A stretch of 64,000 bases of DNA from Thermoanaerobaculia bacterium (GTDB lineage: Bacteria; Acidobacteriota; Thermoanaerobaculia; UBA5066; Gp7-AA6): positions 6,615 to 70,614 of the forward strand of contig JBGPCK010000002.1 in the NCBI GenBank assembly GCA_041481715.1, given 5' to 3'. The notes under the pieces were generated by a model, which saw nothing but the letters and a program-made list of their open reading frames with translations, was not told where the DNA came from and made no database searches. Positions 1 through 8,097 of this stretch are shown piece by piece (the first letter of the stretch is position 1; each line of letters begins with the position of its first letter). The position numbers were made by a program, and so were the translations under genes.

Positions 1-110
1 GCCGTCTCGGGGCCGCTCGGGTAAGAGACCATCTTCCCTCCGGATTGCGCGGAAGCCGCCGAGGCGGTGAGCATCAACGCGGTGATCAAGGAAAGCGCCT
101 TTCGAGTCAT
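1..110 (-). CDS. N-terminal end of an exported protein gene continuing beyond the left window edge (partial)
   Basis: There is an ATG at 110..108 on the minus strand, directly preceded by GGAGGAG (complement of 113..119). It reads MTRKALSLITALMLTASAASAQSGGK..., a typical Sec signal peptide. It is not in the ORF track because the window edge cuts it. Confidence 0.4.
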   Translation of the reverse strand, partial: MTRKALSLITALMLTASAASAQSGGKMVSYPSGPET

Positions 111-288
111 GACTCCTCCATATCTTTGTAACCCGGACGAACCCCCGTCACTCGGCCCAAACGCGTCCGGGTGAGCAGGCAATTCTAGACAAACGCAGGA
201 GTGCACCCAATCGAGACTTATCCCGGCGAGAGACCTTTCGTGGAACCGGCCGGACGCGGCAAGAGATCGTGCAGGTTAACCTTATCCG

Positions 289-771
289 ATGAGCATCCTC
301 TTTCCCGTAGAGCCTCTCGACGAGGAGTCGCGACTGCAGCTCCTCTATGACCGACTCGCGGCGCGCCTGTCCCTCGGGGCGGCCAGGATCCGGCTCTCGC
401 GTCGCAAGCTGACGGGCGGCGAGATCCGGTACGGCCGCCCCCACGTCATCACGATTTCGGCACATCTCTCGGAGGCCGAGCGGCGGGACACCCTGCTGCA
501 CGAAGCGGCACACGCCTGGGCATTTCGTGTCCGCGGGGTCCGCGGGGGGCACGGCCCGATCTTCCAGCGGCTCGCGCGCCGGCTCGGCGTCAAGAACGGC
601 CACGCCCCGGTCACGCCGGCGCTGACCGCCTTCCGGGCGCGCAGGCAGGTCCTGTACCGCTGCGAAGGGTGCCGCCAGATCTTCCGACGCTTGCGCCCCT
701 TCCGAGGAGCGTGGGATTGCATCGCTTGCCTTCGCGCAGGGCGTCCCTCGCGCCTGAGACGCGAACCGTGA
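289..771 (+). CDS. SprT-like zinc metalloprotease domain protein
   Basis: This 160-aa ORF has a HExxH motif (LLHEAAHAW) followed by a C-terminal CxxC...CxxC zinc ribbon (CEGC...CIAC), the SprT-like layout. Confidence 0.7.
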   Translation: MSILFPVEPLDEESRLQLLYDRLAARLSLGAARIRLSRRKLTGGEIRYGRPHVITISAHLSEAERRDTLLHEAAHAWAFRVRGVRGGHGPIFQRLARRLGVKNGHAPVTPALTAFRARRQVLYRCEGCRQIFRRLRPFRGAWDCIACLRAGRPSRLRREP

Positions 772-818
772 GCGGGAGTATGTAAGACCGGCAATCGCTT
801 CGGTTTCCGGTTCCCGGT

Positions 819-1764
819 TTGCCGGTTTACGATCCCTCTCTCATGACGCAATTCCTTGCCGGCTATCGCATCGGCCACCACAGCGACCGGAAGGGCCGGA
901 CGGGCTGCACGGTCATCCTGCCGCCACCGGGAACGACGGCCGCCGTCGACGTGCGCGGCGGCGCGCCGGGTACGCGTGAGACGGGAGTCTTCGCGCCGGG
1001 CAACCTCGTGTCGGAAATCCATGGGCTGGTCTTCACCGGAGGCAGCGCCTTCGGGCTCGCGGCGGCGGCGGGCGTCACCTCCTGGCTGCGCCGCCGCAAC
1101 GTCGGCTTCCCGGTCGGACCCGCTCGTGTCCCGATCGTCGCGGCGGCCGTGCTCTTCGACCTCGCCGTAGGCGATCCCGACGCCTATCCGGGAGAGGCCG
1201 AAGGCGAAGCGGCCTGTGAGGCGGCGCGCGCAGGGGAGGTCGAGACCGGGTCGGTGGGCGCCGGCACGGGCGCCACCGTCGGCAAGCTCTTCGGCGTTGG
1301 ACGCGCGGCGCGGGGCGGGCTCGGTTGCGCCGCGCTGGAACTGCCGGGCGGCGGGCGGGTCGCCGCCGTGGCCGCCGTCAACGCTTTCGGTGACGTCGTG
1401 GACCCCGAGACGGGGACGCGCCTCGCCGGCCCTTCGGGGCAGGACCCTTCCTTTCGGTCGGCGCTCGCACTCTGGCAGGAGCGCCTTGCCGAGAGCCCCA
1501 CGGCCGCCGCGAACACGACGCTCGTGTGTGTGGCCACGACCGTTCCGTTCGACGCCGGCGCACTCAAGCGCGTCGCGATCGAAGCGCACGACGGCATCGC
1601 CCGCGCGGTTCGGCCCTCGCACACGGTGGTCGATGGCGACGTCCTTCGCGTTGGCGCCGGCGGGAAGCCCACCGCCGCTGTCGGCGCGGCTGCGGGTCGG
1701 AGCGGCGGCGGCCGAGGTCGCCGCGCGGGCGATCGTGGACGCGGTCACGGGAGGACGGAGCTGA
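819..1764 (+). pseudogene. P1/S58 (DmpA/BapA-type) aminopeptidase with its reading frame broken near 1645
   Basis: Frame 0 from 819 carries family signatures (GYRIGHH, GCTVIL, GGAPGTRET, GGSAFGL, TTLVCVATT, HTVVDGDV). The expected C-terminus FALAPAG...GAAAAEVAARAIVDAVTGGRS* is in the +1 frame and stops at 1762..1764. A one-base indel in gacgtcCttcgcg is implied. Confidence 0.7.
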
Positions 1765-2627
1765 CGGCCGGGCCAACTTCCGCCGAGCGCCGCGGCGCTC
1801 TCCTCGTGGCGGGGGCTGCGCTGCTCTGGTCCGCGGGGGGTGTCGGGATCAAGTCTGTCGACGCGCCGGCGCTCAAGGTCGCTTTCTACCGGTCGGCGTT
1901 CGCGGCGGTCGCTCTTCTCCTGCTCTTCCGGCCGACACGACTCCCCCGCCGGCCATCGCTTTTGGCCGCCGTCGCCTGCTACGCGGCCTGCCTCATCACG
2001 TTCGTCGTTGCGACCAAGTGGACGACCGCGGCCAACGCCATCTTCCTTCAGTACACCGGCGTTATCTGGGTCCTGATTGCCGCCCCGCTCGTGCTCAAGG
2101 AGCCGCGCCGGCGCGCCGATGCGGTGGCGATCGGCGCGGCCATGGCGGGCATGGCGCTCTTCTTCGTCGGGAAGCTCGAGACGCGTGGGCTTGCCGGAGA
2201 CCTGATGGCCCTGCTCTCGAGCATTCTCTTCGCCTTTCTCGTGATCTCGCTACGCCGCGAGCGCGGAGAGGGCGCCGAAGCGGTCGTGACCTTCGGAAAC
2301 GTTTTCGCGGCGGCGGCCCTCCTGCCTTTCGTCGCGGGAGATCTTTCCCTCTCCGGCCGCTCGCTCGCGTGGCTCGCCTTCCTCGGTGTCTTTCAGCTCG
2401 CGGGCGCCTACGCGCTCTTCGTGCGCGGCATTCGCGAGGTGCCGGCCACGCAGGCGTCGCTGATCGGCATGCTCGAGCCCGTCGCGAATCCGGTCTGGGT
2501 GTTCCTGGTCCTCGGAGAGAGGCCGAGCGCGTTCGCCATCGCCGGCGGGGCGATCGTCCTCGCGGCCGTCGCCTGGCGAACGCTCGCTTCGGGCCCTCCC
2601 GCGGCTGAGGCGGCGCCGCCGGACTGA
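1761..2627 (+). CDS. EamA/DMT-family transporter
   Basis: The product is hydrophobic and polytopic with two EamA-like halves (LLWSAGGVGIK...; FLGVFQLAGAYALFVRGIREVPATQASLIGMLEPVANPVWVF). No ATG is available. Candidate starts are CTG 1761 (CTGA overlap with the peptidase-frame stop) or GTG 1806, and the start is uncertain. Confidence 0.65.
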   Translation: MTAGPTSAERRGALLVAGAALLWSAGGVGIKSVDAPALKVAFYRSAFAAVALLLLFRPTRLPRRPSLLAAVACYAACLITFVVATKWTTAANAIFLQYTGVIWVLIAAPLVLKEPRRRADAVAIGAAMAGMALFFVGKLETRGLAGDLMALLSSILFAFLVISLRRERGEGAEAVVTFGNVFAAAALLPFVAGDLSLSGRSLAWLAFLGVFQLAGAYALFVRGIREVPATQASLIGMLEPVANPVWVFLVLGERPSAFAIAGGAIVLAAVAWRTLASGPPAAEAAPPD

Positions 2628-2630
2628 GGC

Positions 2631-2684
2631 GAAACACAGGGTCGTCTTTCCGACGCCGTGGGAGCCGATGAACGCGACCTTCAT
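2631..2684 (-). pseudogene. 5' remnant (about 18 codons) of a P-loop NTPase gene
   Basis: An ATG at 2684 follows the CoA-transferase stop codon immediately (the two abut, with no overlap). It reads MKVAFIGSHGVGKTTLCF, a Walker A motif. The rest of the 144-aa track ORF is antisense to the EamA gene and has no protein-like character. Confidence 0.3.
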
Positions 2685-3826
2685 CCGTCCGGGGGGAGCC
2701 CGAATTCACGGCGCAGCCTCTGGCCGTCCGCGTCGAGGGCCGGAGGAAAACGCAGGGGCGGCTCATGCCCCGAAACGCGGACCGGCGAGGCGACGAACCC
2801 GACGCCGCCGGCTTGCCGGACCGTTTTCAGCGCGCTCGCCGTCTCCGAGAAGAGAGCCTCCAGCGGCCCGCGCACCGGGCCGGCTGGAACGCCGCTCTGC
2901 CGGCAACGATCCAGCCACACGGAGCGCGGCTGCCTCCGGAAGATCGGTGCGAGCCCGTCTTCGAGCGCCTCTCGGTTCTCGACCCGCGCCTCGTTGGTCG
3001 CAAAGCGGGGGTCCCCGGACCAAGCCGGTCGCCCCACGATCTCGCAGAGCCGAGTGAACTGGGGGTCCGTTCCCACGGCCAGGATGAAATCCCCGTCGGC
3101 CGCTCGGAACGGCCGATAAGGCACGATTTGCGGGTGGGCGTTGCCGTGCCGCCGCGCCTCCTCTCCCGTCACGAGCGCGGACTGGGCCACGTTGACCAGG
3201 CATGCCAGCGTGGAGGAGAAGAGATCCGTCTCGACATGCGCGGCCACGCCGGTCCGGTCGCGGGCGTCCAGAGCCGCGAGGACCCCGATCGCCGTGAAGC
3301 AACCCGCGAAGAGGTCGGAAACGGCGACGCCGACCTTGGTCGGATCCCCCTCGGCTTCGCCGGTGATCGCCATCAGGCCGGCGCCGGCCTGCGCCAGAAG
3401 GTCGAAGCCGGGTGCGGAGGCGTCGGGGCCTTCTCGCCCGAAACCCGTGATCGAGGCGGTCACCAGGCGCGGGTTCTCGCGGCGCAGCTCTTCGAGCGAG
3501 AGGTGCAGCCTCGCCATAGCGCCCGGCGCAAAGTTCTCCACGAGCACGTCCGCGTGCGCCGCCAGGACACGGACCGCTTGGACGCCCGCGGGCCTCCCGA
3601 GATCGAGCGCGATCGACTCCTTGTTGCGGTTGACCGAAAGGTAATATGCGGCGAGCCCGCTCTCCGCGTGGTGGGGCGGCCCCCAGCCGCGGGTGACGTC
3701 TCCTCCCAGGGGATGCTCGACCTTGATCACGCGCGCCCCCAGGTCCGAGAGCAGCATGGTGCAAAACGGCCCGGCGAGCACGCGCGAGAGGTCGAGGACC
3801 AGGACGCCGTCGAGGGGCGCGGACAC
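2681..3826 (-). CDS. Family III CoA-transferase (CaiB/BaiF type)
   Basis: The 381-aa product starts GVLVLDLSRVLAGPFCTMLLSDLGARVIKVE. The conserved Asp region (GVAVSDLFAG) and overall length are typical of the family. Confidence 0.85.
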   Translation of the reverse strand: MSAPLDGVLVLDLSRVLAGPFCTMLLSDLGARVIKVEHPLGGDVTRGWGPPHHAESGLAAYYLSVNRNKESIALDLGRPAGVQAVRVLAAHADVLVENFAPGAMARLHLSLEELRRENPRLVTASITGFGREGPDASAPGFDLLAQAGAGLMAITGEAEGDPTKVGVAVSDLFAGCFTAIGVLAALDARDRTGVAAHVETDLFSSTLACLVNVAQSALVTGEEARRHGNAHPQIVPYRPFRAADGDFILAVGTDPQFTRLCEIVGRPAWSGDPRFATNEARVENREALEDGLAPIFRRQPRSVWLDRCRQSGVPAGPVRGPLEALFSETASALKTVRQAGGVGFVASPVRVSGHEPPLRFPPALDADGQRLRREFGLPPDG

Positions 3827-3835
3827 CGCGGGAGC

Positions 3836-5419
3836 CTACCGCGGCGCGGCGGCGGGGCGCCAGCCGAGCGGGCCCGGCAGGAAGTGAAAGAGCCCGAGCG
3901 GCGAGACCTCGACGCCCTGGACTCGCTTCGCGAGACCCCAGTACTGGTCCGCGCTCCAGAGAAAGTCGGCCGGTGGATCGGCGGCGAGGAGGCGATGAAT
4001 CTCCCTGTAGAGCTCGAGCCTCCGTCCGCCGTCGAGCTCCCGTTGCGCCGCCTCCATCGCACGGTCCGCTGCCGGGTTGGCGTAGGAGCCGTTGTTCTGA
4101 CCATTGGGCGGGGCCTGGCTGGAGTGGTAGAACGGGTACGGGTCGAGATTCGGCGGGAGAAAGCTGATGTTGTTCAGCACGAGGTCGAACTCCCCCGCCG
4201 AGAACCGCTGCAAGAGGGTTGCCCAGTCCATCGATCTCAGAACCAGCTCGACGCCCACCTCTTGGTAGGCCGCCCGCAGGATCTCGCCGATGTTGACGTA
4301 CATGGGCGTGCCCGCCGGGAGAAGAAATTCGAGCGAGACACGGCGGCCGCGCCGCTGCCGGAAGCCGTCCCTGCCCATCGAGAGCCCCGCCTCATTCAGG
4401 AGCTTCACGCTCTCGGCCGGATCGTAGGGCGTGGGCCGGACGTCCGGCGCGTTTTCGGGCACGCCCGCGGGATAGGGCCCGGAGAGCAGAGCGGCTCCGT
4501 CGGGTGGGTAGAGACGTTTGGCGACCTCCGCCCGAGGCCAGGCCCGGGCGAGCGCCCGCCGCACGCGCGCGTCCGAAAGGATCGGGTTGCGGCAATTCCA
4601 AACGACCACCGCGACCGTGGGGTACGGAACCTTCACGATCCGGTTGCGGGACTGAAACTCGACAGACCGGCCCGCGGCGCCGAGCTGGTCACGGCCGACG
4701 TGGAACTCGTCGAGCTCTCCCAGGGTGCCCGAGCGGAATCGAACTTCGCCGTCCGGAATGACGCGAAACACGATCCTGCGAAACGGGTACGCCTGCGGGG
4801 ACTGATCCGCGCGCCGGATCAGCGTCAGCTTCTGCTTCGCCTCCCAGGACTCCAGACGGTAGGGGCCGCTCGCAAACGGCTGCCGGTCCGCGTTACCCGC
4901 GCGCTGGAACGCCGCCCGCGAAACGATCGGCAGATTGAAGGCGAGCAGCCGCTGCGCGTAGGGGCGGCGGAAGCGGACGACGACGCGGCCGGGCTCCGGC
5001 GTCTCGACCGCCGTGACATCGGCGAGCCCCGCCTTCCAGTTGACCGCCGGCACCTTGGGATCGCGTACGCGATCGATCGTGAAGGCGACGTCCTCGGAAG
5101 TGACCGGCGTTCCGTCTTCCCAGCGCGCCCTCGGGTCGAGCCGGAAATCGAAGGAGAGCCCGTCCGGCGAGACCGTCCAGGAGGCAGCCAGCGCCGGCAC
5201 GAAGGCAAGCTCGCGGTTGAGGCCCACCAGAGGCCAGAACATCAGCTGTTCGACGCGCATCCCGAGCTCCTCGCCGGTGACCGTGGGGTCGAGCGTCGGA
5301 GGATCCCCATCCAGGTGGCGGTAGAGCGTGTCCGAGAAGGTGGGCGCCGCTTCGCGGCGCGCGCACGAAACCACCCAGAGCGCGGTGAGCGCCAGCAGGA
5401 GCCGTGCAACCGTTTTCAT
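3836..5419 (-). CDS. ABC transporter substrate-binding lipoprotein, family 5 (peptide/nickel type)
   Basis: The product starts MKTVARLLLALTALWVVSC (lipobox) and has a ~520-aa SBP_bac_5-like body (LDP..., WEDGTPVTSEDVAFT...). I chose the start at the ATG at 5419 rather than the track start at 5443. Confidence 0.85.
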   Translation of the reverse strand: MKTVARLLLALTALWVVSCARREAAPTFSDTLYRHLDGDPPTLDPTVTGEELGMRVEQLMFWPLVGLNRELAFVPALAASWTVSPDGLSFDFRLDPRARWEDGTPVTSEDVAFTIDRVRDPKVPAVNWKAGLADVTAVETPEPGRVVVRFRRPYAQRLLAFNLPIVSRAAFQRAGNADRQPFASGPYRLESWEAKQKLTLIRRADQSPQAYPFRRIVFRVIPDGEVRFRSGTLGELDEFHVGRDQLGAAGRSVEFQSRNRIVKVPYPTVAVVVWNCRNPILSDARVRRALARAWPRAEVAKRLYPPDGAALLSGPYPAGVPENAPDVRPTPYDPAESVKLLNEAGLSMGRDGFRQRRGRRVSLEFLLPAGTPMYVNIGEILRAAYQEVGVELVLRSMDWATLLQRFSAGEFDLVLNNISFLPPNLDPYPFYHSSQAPPNGQNNGSYANPAADRAMEAAQRELDGGRRLELYREIHRLLAADPPADFLWSADQYWGLAKRVQGVEVSPLGLFHFLPGPLGWRPAAAPR

Positions 5420-5449
5420 CGATGGTCCCAAACAGAATAGCATCAGGCG

Positions 5450-6142
5450 GTGGCGAGCGTCGTCTTCGACATCGAGACCGTGGGCATCGAGTGGGACTCA
5501 CTCGACGAGTCGCAGAAGACTTACCTTCAGAAGAACGCGCGCTCGGAGGAGGAACGTCAGAAACTGCCCGAGCATCTGTCGCTCTGGCCCTTCACGGGTC
5601 GCATCGTGGTGCTCGCGATGCTCAATCCGGAGTCGGGCCGAGGCCGCGTGTGGTACGAGAAGACCGACGGTCGGCAGGAGGAGGCATCCTCGGATGGTCT
5701 CTTCACGTTCGTCGGCGACACGGAGCCGGTCTTCCTCGCGGAGTTCTGGAGCGCCATCGCCCGCTTCCACCGCTTCGTCACGTTCAACGGCCGCGGCTTC
5801 GACGGTCCGTTCCTCATGCTCCGAAGCGCGGCGCTCGGCATCCCCGTGACGAAGAATCTCGTCGGCTACCGCTATTCGCTGCGGCCTCACACCGACCTGC
5901 TCGACGTGCTGACATTTTTCGGCGCGTCACGAAAGTGGAACCTCGACTTCGCGTGCAAGGCCCTCGGCATCGAGAGCCCGAAGGAGCAGGGCATGGACGG
6001 CTATTCCGTCGGCCCGTACTACCGGAGCGGACGCTTGCGCGAGATCGCGCTGTATTGCCGGCGCGATGTCGAGGCCACGGCGCGCCTCTACCAGAAGCTC
6101 GAAAGGACGATCCTGCCCGTCCTGGGGGACCGGAGACTCTGA
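5450..6142 (+). CDS. RNase H-like 3'-5' exonuclease (PolB-exonuclease-like, DEDDy)
   Basis: The ORF has a GTG start. The three exonuclease motifs are present: ExoI VFDIETVG, ExoII FNGRGFDGPFL and ExoIII YCRRDVEAT. Confidence 0.7.
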   Translation: MASVVFDIETVGIEWDSLDESQKTYLQKNARSEEERQKLPEHLSLWPFTGRIVVLAMLNPESGRGRVWYEKTDGRQEEASSDGLFTFVGDTEPVFLAEFWSAIARFHRFVTFNGRGFDGPFLMLRSAALGIPVTKNLVGYRYSLRPHTDLLDVLTFFGASRKWNLDFACKALGIESPKEQGMDGYSVGPYYRSGRLREIALYCRRDVEATARLYQKLERTILPVLGDRRL

Positions 6143-6193
6143 ACGGTTGGGGAGAAAATCCCTGCGAAACCCGCAAAACTCGGCCCACGGCTG

Positions 6194-6224
6194 TTGACAG
6201 CGCCCGGAAGCCTCCGGTTAAACT
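6194..6224 (+). promoter_or_regulatory. Candidate sigma-70-type promoter for the PilZ gene
   Basis: TTGACA lies at 6194..6199 and TTAAACT at 6218..6224 (spacer 18-19 nt). The same TTAAACTCC 9-mer recurs upstream of the gene at 35972. Confidence 0.3.
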
Positions 6225-6242
6225 CCTTCCCGAGATGAGACA

Positions 6243-6611
6243 ATGCCTCCGGTGTCTCCCGAATTGATGGCCGACGAAAAAAAGGCACGCAAGCCGGCGG
6301 AGCAACGGCTCTCCGATCGCGTCTGGATTGGCGCGCCGGCGAGCCTGCGCGTGGGAGAGGAAGACTTGTCCGGTTTCGTCGAGGTGATCAACCTGGGGGG
6401 CATCTACGTCGCGGCCGCGAAGGTACCGGAGCTCGGCGACTACGTCGAGCTCGTCTTCTCGCTGCCCGAGGATCCTCGCGCGTTCCGCGTGCGAGGCAAC
6501 GTCGTCTACTTGAACCAGGCCGCCGAGCGGCGCCCCGGCTTCGGCGCGCGTTTTGAACGCGCTCCGGTGGGGTTGCTGGAAGCGATCAAGGGACTGAATC
6601 GGGGGCACTGA
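6243..6611 (+). CDS. PilZ domain protein (putative c-di-GMP receptor)
   Basis: The 122-aa product has an RxxxR motif (RLSDR) upstream of a beta-rich region of PilZ size (VINLGGIYV...FSLPEDPRAFRVRGNVVY). Similarity is judged by eye only. Confidence 0.55.
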   Translation: MPPVSPELMADEKKARKPAEQRLSDRVWIGAPASLRVGEEDLSGFVEVINLGGIYVAAAKVPELGDYVELVFSLPEDPRAFRVRGNVVYLNQAAERRPGFGARFERAPVGLLEAIKGLNRGH

Positions 6612-6632
6612 GCCCGGGCTCGCGCACCGATC

Positions 6633-7103
6633 CTAATTTCCCTTCGCCTCGAGGATTCGCATCCGGTCGAAAACAAACTCGAGCGTCGCGTCGACCTCGT
6701 TGAACGCTCCAGCGGCGGCCGAGGAGAGCGTCGTGGGCAGAACGCCCGAGAGCTCCCAGCGGATCAGGACCTCTCCCTTCTCGTCCTTGGCGGTCACGGC
6801 CACCGTCTTCGCGGCCGGGGTCCCGGTATCCGTGGCGGAGTTGATCCAGTCCTGGAGCCGGTTCAACCCCTTTTGAGTCACCGTGAGAACCAGTTGGCGC
6901 TGATCCGGAGAATAGGCCAGGCCGAGGCGCCGCGAGTCCGTGTGAGTCAGGCTCTGGCGATTGAACTCGATCCGGTAGCCGATGACACCGTCCAGAGCCA
7001 CGCCGTCCACGGCAACGGAAACGTTGTTGGGCGATTCGGCCCCAAGAGCCGACCCGGCCAGAAGGCAGCCGAGAAGACTCGCGAGAAGGCGTCTGGGAAG
7101 CAT
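6633..7103 (-). CDS. Small exported protein with a phage tail-tube (T4 gp19 / TIGR02241)-like region
   Basis: I chose the internal ATG at 7103, which gives MLPRRLLASLLGCLLAGSALGA, a signal peptide. The C-terminal part (LVLTVTQKGLNRLQDWINS...IRWELSGVLPTTLSSAAAGAFNEVDATLEFVFDRMRI) follows the gp19-like tail-tube pattern as I remember it. Confidence 0.5.
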   Translation of the reverse strand: MLPRRLLASLLGCLLAGSALGAESPNNVSVAVDGVALDGVIGYRIEFNRQSLTHTDSRRLGLAYSPDQRQLVLTVTQKGLNRLQDWINSATDTGTPAAKTVAVTAKDEKGEVLIRWELSGVLPTTLSSAAAGAFNEVDATLEFVFDRMRILEAKGN

Positions 7104-7285
7104 GGATCCCTCCGATTTGCCGATTCTCGTCAGACTAGCACTCCCCGGGGCCCGACGCGAAGGGGCCTTGATTTGCCAGCCCATCGGGCGTAAGAAGAGC
7201 CCTGTCCGGAGGTCGACCCGGTGATCCTCGAAACTTCTCACCCGCTCCGGCCCTCGGCCGGACCATTCCGCAAAAGGAGAGCCTC

Positions 7286-7999
7286 ATGAGAAAACCGCTC
7301 GCCCTGTTTCTCTTTCTCGTCGCCGCCGGCGCGTTGCTCGCTGCCGGCCCCTCGTCGCCAAGTGGCAAGACCTATGAGGTGACGGCCGACACGATCGAAG
7401 GGTGCTCCTGCCCGCTCTTCTGCTCGTGCTATTTCGGGCCGTCGGCCGACGAACACATGTGCGAGGCGAACAACGTGTACAAGTTCCGCAAGGGCAGCCA
7501 CTACGGCGACGTGGACCTTTCCGACCAGATGGTGTGGCTCTCCCTGGACCTGGGCGGCGAATGGCACAAGAAGCCCGGGCCCGGGATGCCGACCAAGTGG
7601 GTCGTCATCACCTTCGACAAGAATTCCTCGGAGGCCCAGCGCAAGGCCATCGGAGCCGTCCTGAACATCGTCTTCCCGGTCAAGTGGGAGAAGTCCTCTA
7701 CGCGCGAGGACTCGATCGAGTGGCATGAGGACGCCAAGGTGGCACACGCCAAGCTGGCGAGCGGGATGGCGGAGATCAACCTCGACAAGACGACGGGCCC
7801 CGACAAGACGACGCCGACGGTCGTCAAGAACCTCCAATACTGGTTCTCGACCTCCAACGACGGCTTCGTGCTTGCGTACTCCAACCACCATTGGGACGGC
7901 GAGAACAAGTTTCGCATGGAGCACCGCAACGGCTTCACGATCGCCTGGACCGCGAAGGGTGAGATCAAGTCCGAAGCGGCCAAGGTGGCGATGAAGTAA
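7286..7999 (+). CDS. DUF1326-family exported protein
   Basis: AAGGAG lies upstream of the ATG. The product has a signal peptide, a Cys cluster (EGCSCPLFCSCYF) and a YGDVDLS motif, all characteristic of DUF1326. Confidence 0.7.
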   Translation: MRKPLALFLFLVAAGALLAAGPSSPSGKTYEVTADTIEGCSCPLFCSCYFGPSADEHMCEANNVYKFRKGSHYGDVDLSDQMVWLSLDLGGEWHKKPGPGMPTKWVVITFDKNSSEAQRKAIGAVLNIVFPVKWEKSSTREDSIEWHEDAKVAHAKLASGMAEINLDKTTGPDKTTPTVVKNLQYWFSTSNDGFVLAYSNHHWDGENKFRMEHRNGFTIAWTAKGEIKSEAAKVAMK

Positions 8000-8029
8000 G
8001 GCGACGGTCGGCAGTCAACAGTCGACAGA

Positions 8030-8056
8030 GGGGCCCCCGCGGGCCCCTTTTCCTTT
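8030..8056 (+). terminator. Rho-independent terminator after the DUF1326 gene
   Basis: GGGGCCC-CCGC-GGGCCCC hairpin at 8030..8047, followed by TTTTCCTTTT. Confidence 0.6.
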
Positions 8057-8097
8057 TCCGACGGTCGGGCGTCGACTCTCGACTAAAATCCCCCTCG

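Noticed and set aside
345-1748. Many very long ORFs in the track lie antisense to, or in alternative frames of, the genes I called. Examples are 345-1748(-), 2765-5440(+), 28155-29795(+), 41537-42634(+), 52849-56118(-), 58627-60792(+) and 62809-63963(+).
   Set aside because: Their translations are Arg/Pro/Gly/Ala-rich low-complexity strings with no family motifs. Each is fully overlapped by a gene with strong family signatures in another frame. Stop-poor alternative frames are expected at about 70% GC.
819-2627. A genuine bifunctional peptidase-EamA fusion protein.
   Set aside because: The conserved peptidase C-terminus is present in the +1 frame and has its own stop at 1764. The in-frame linker is low-complexity Gly/Arg. 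A frameshift explains the data better (see finding).
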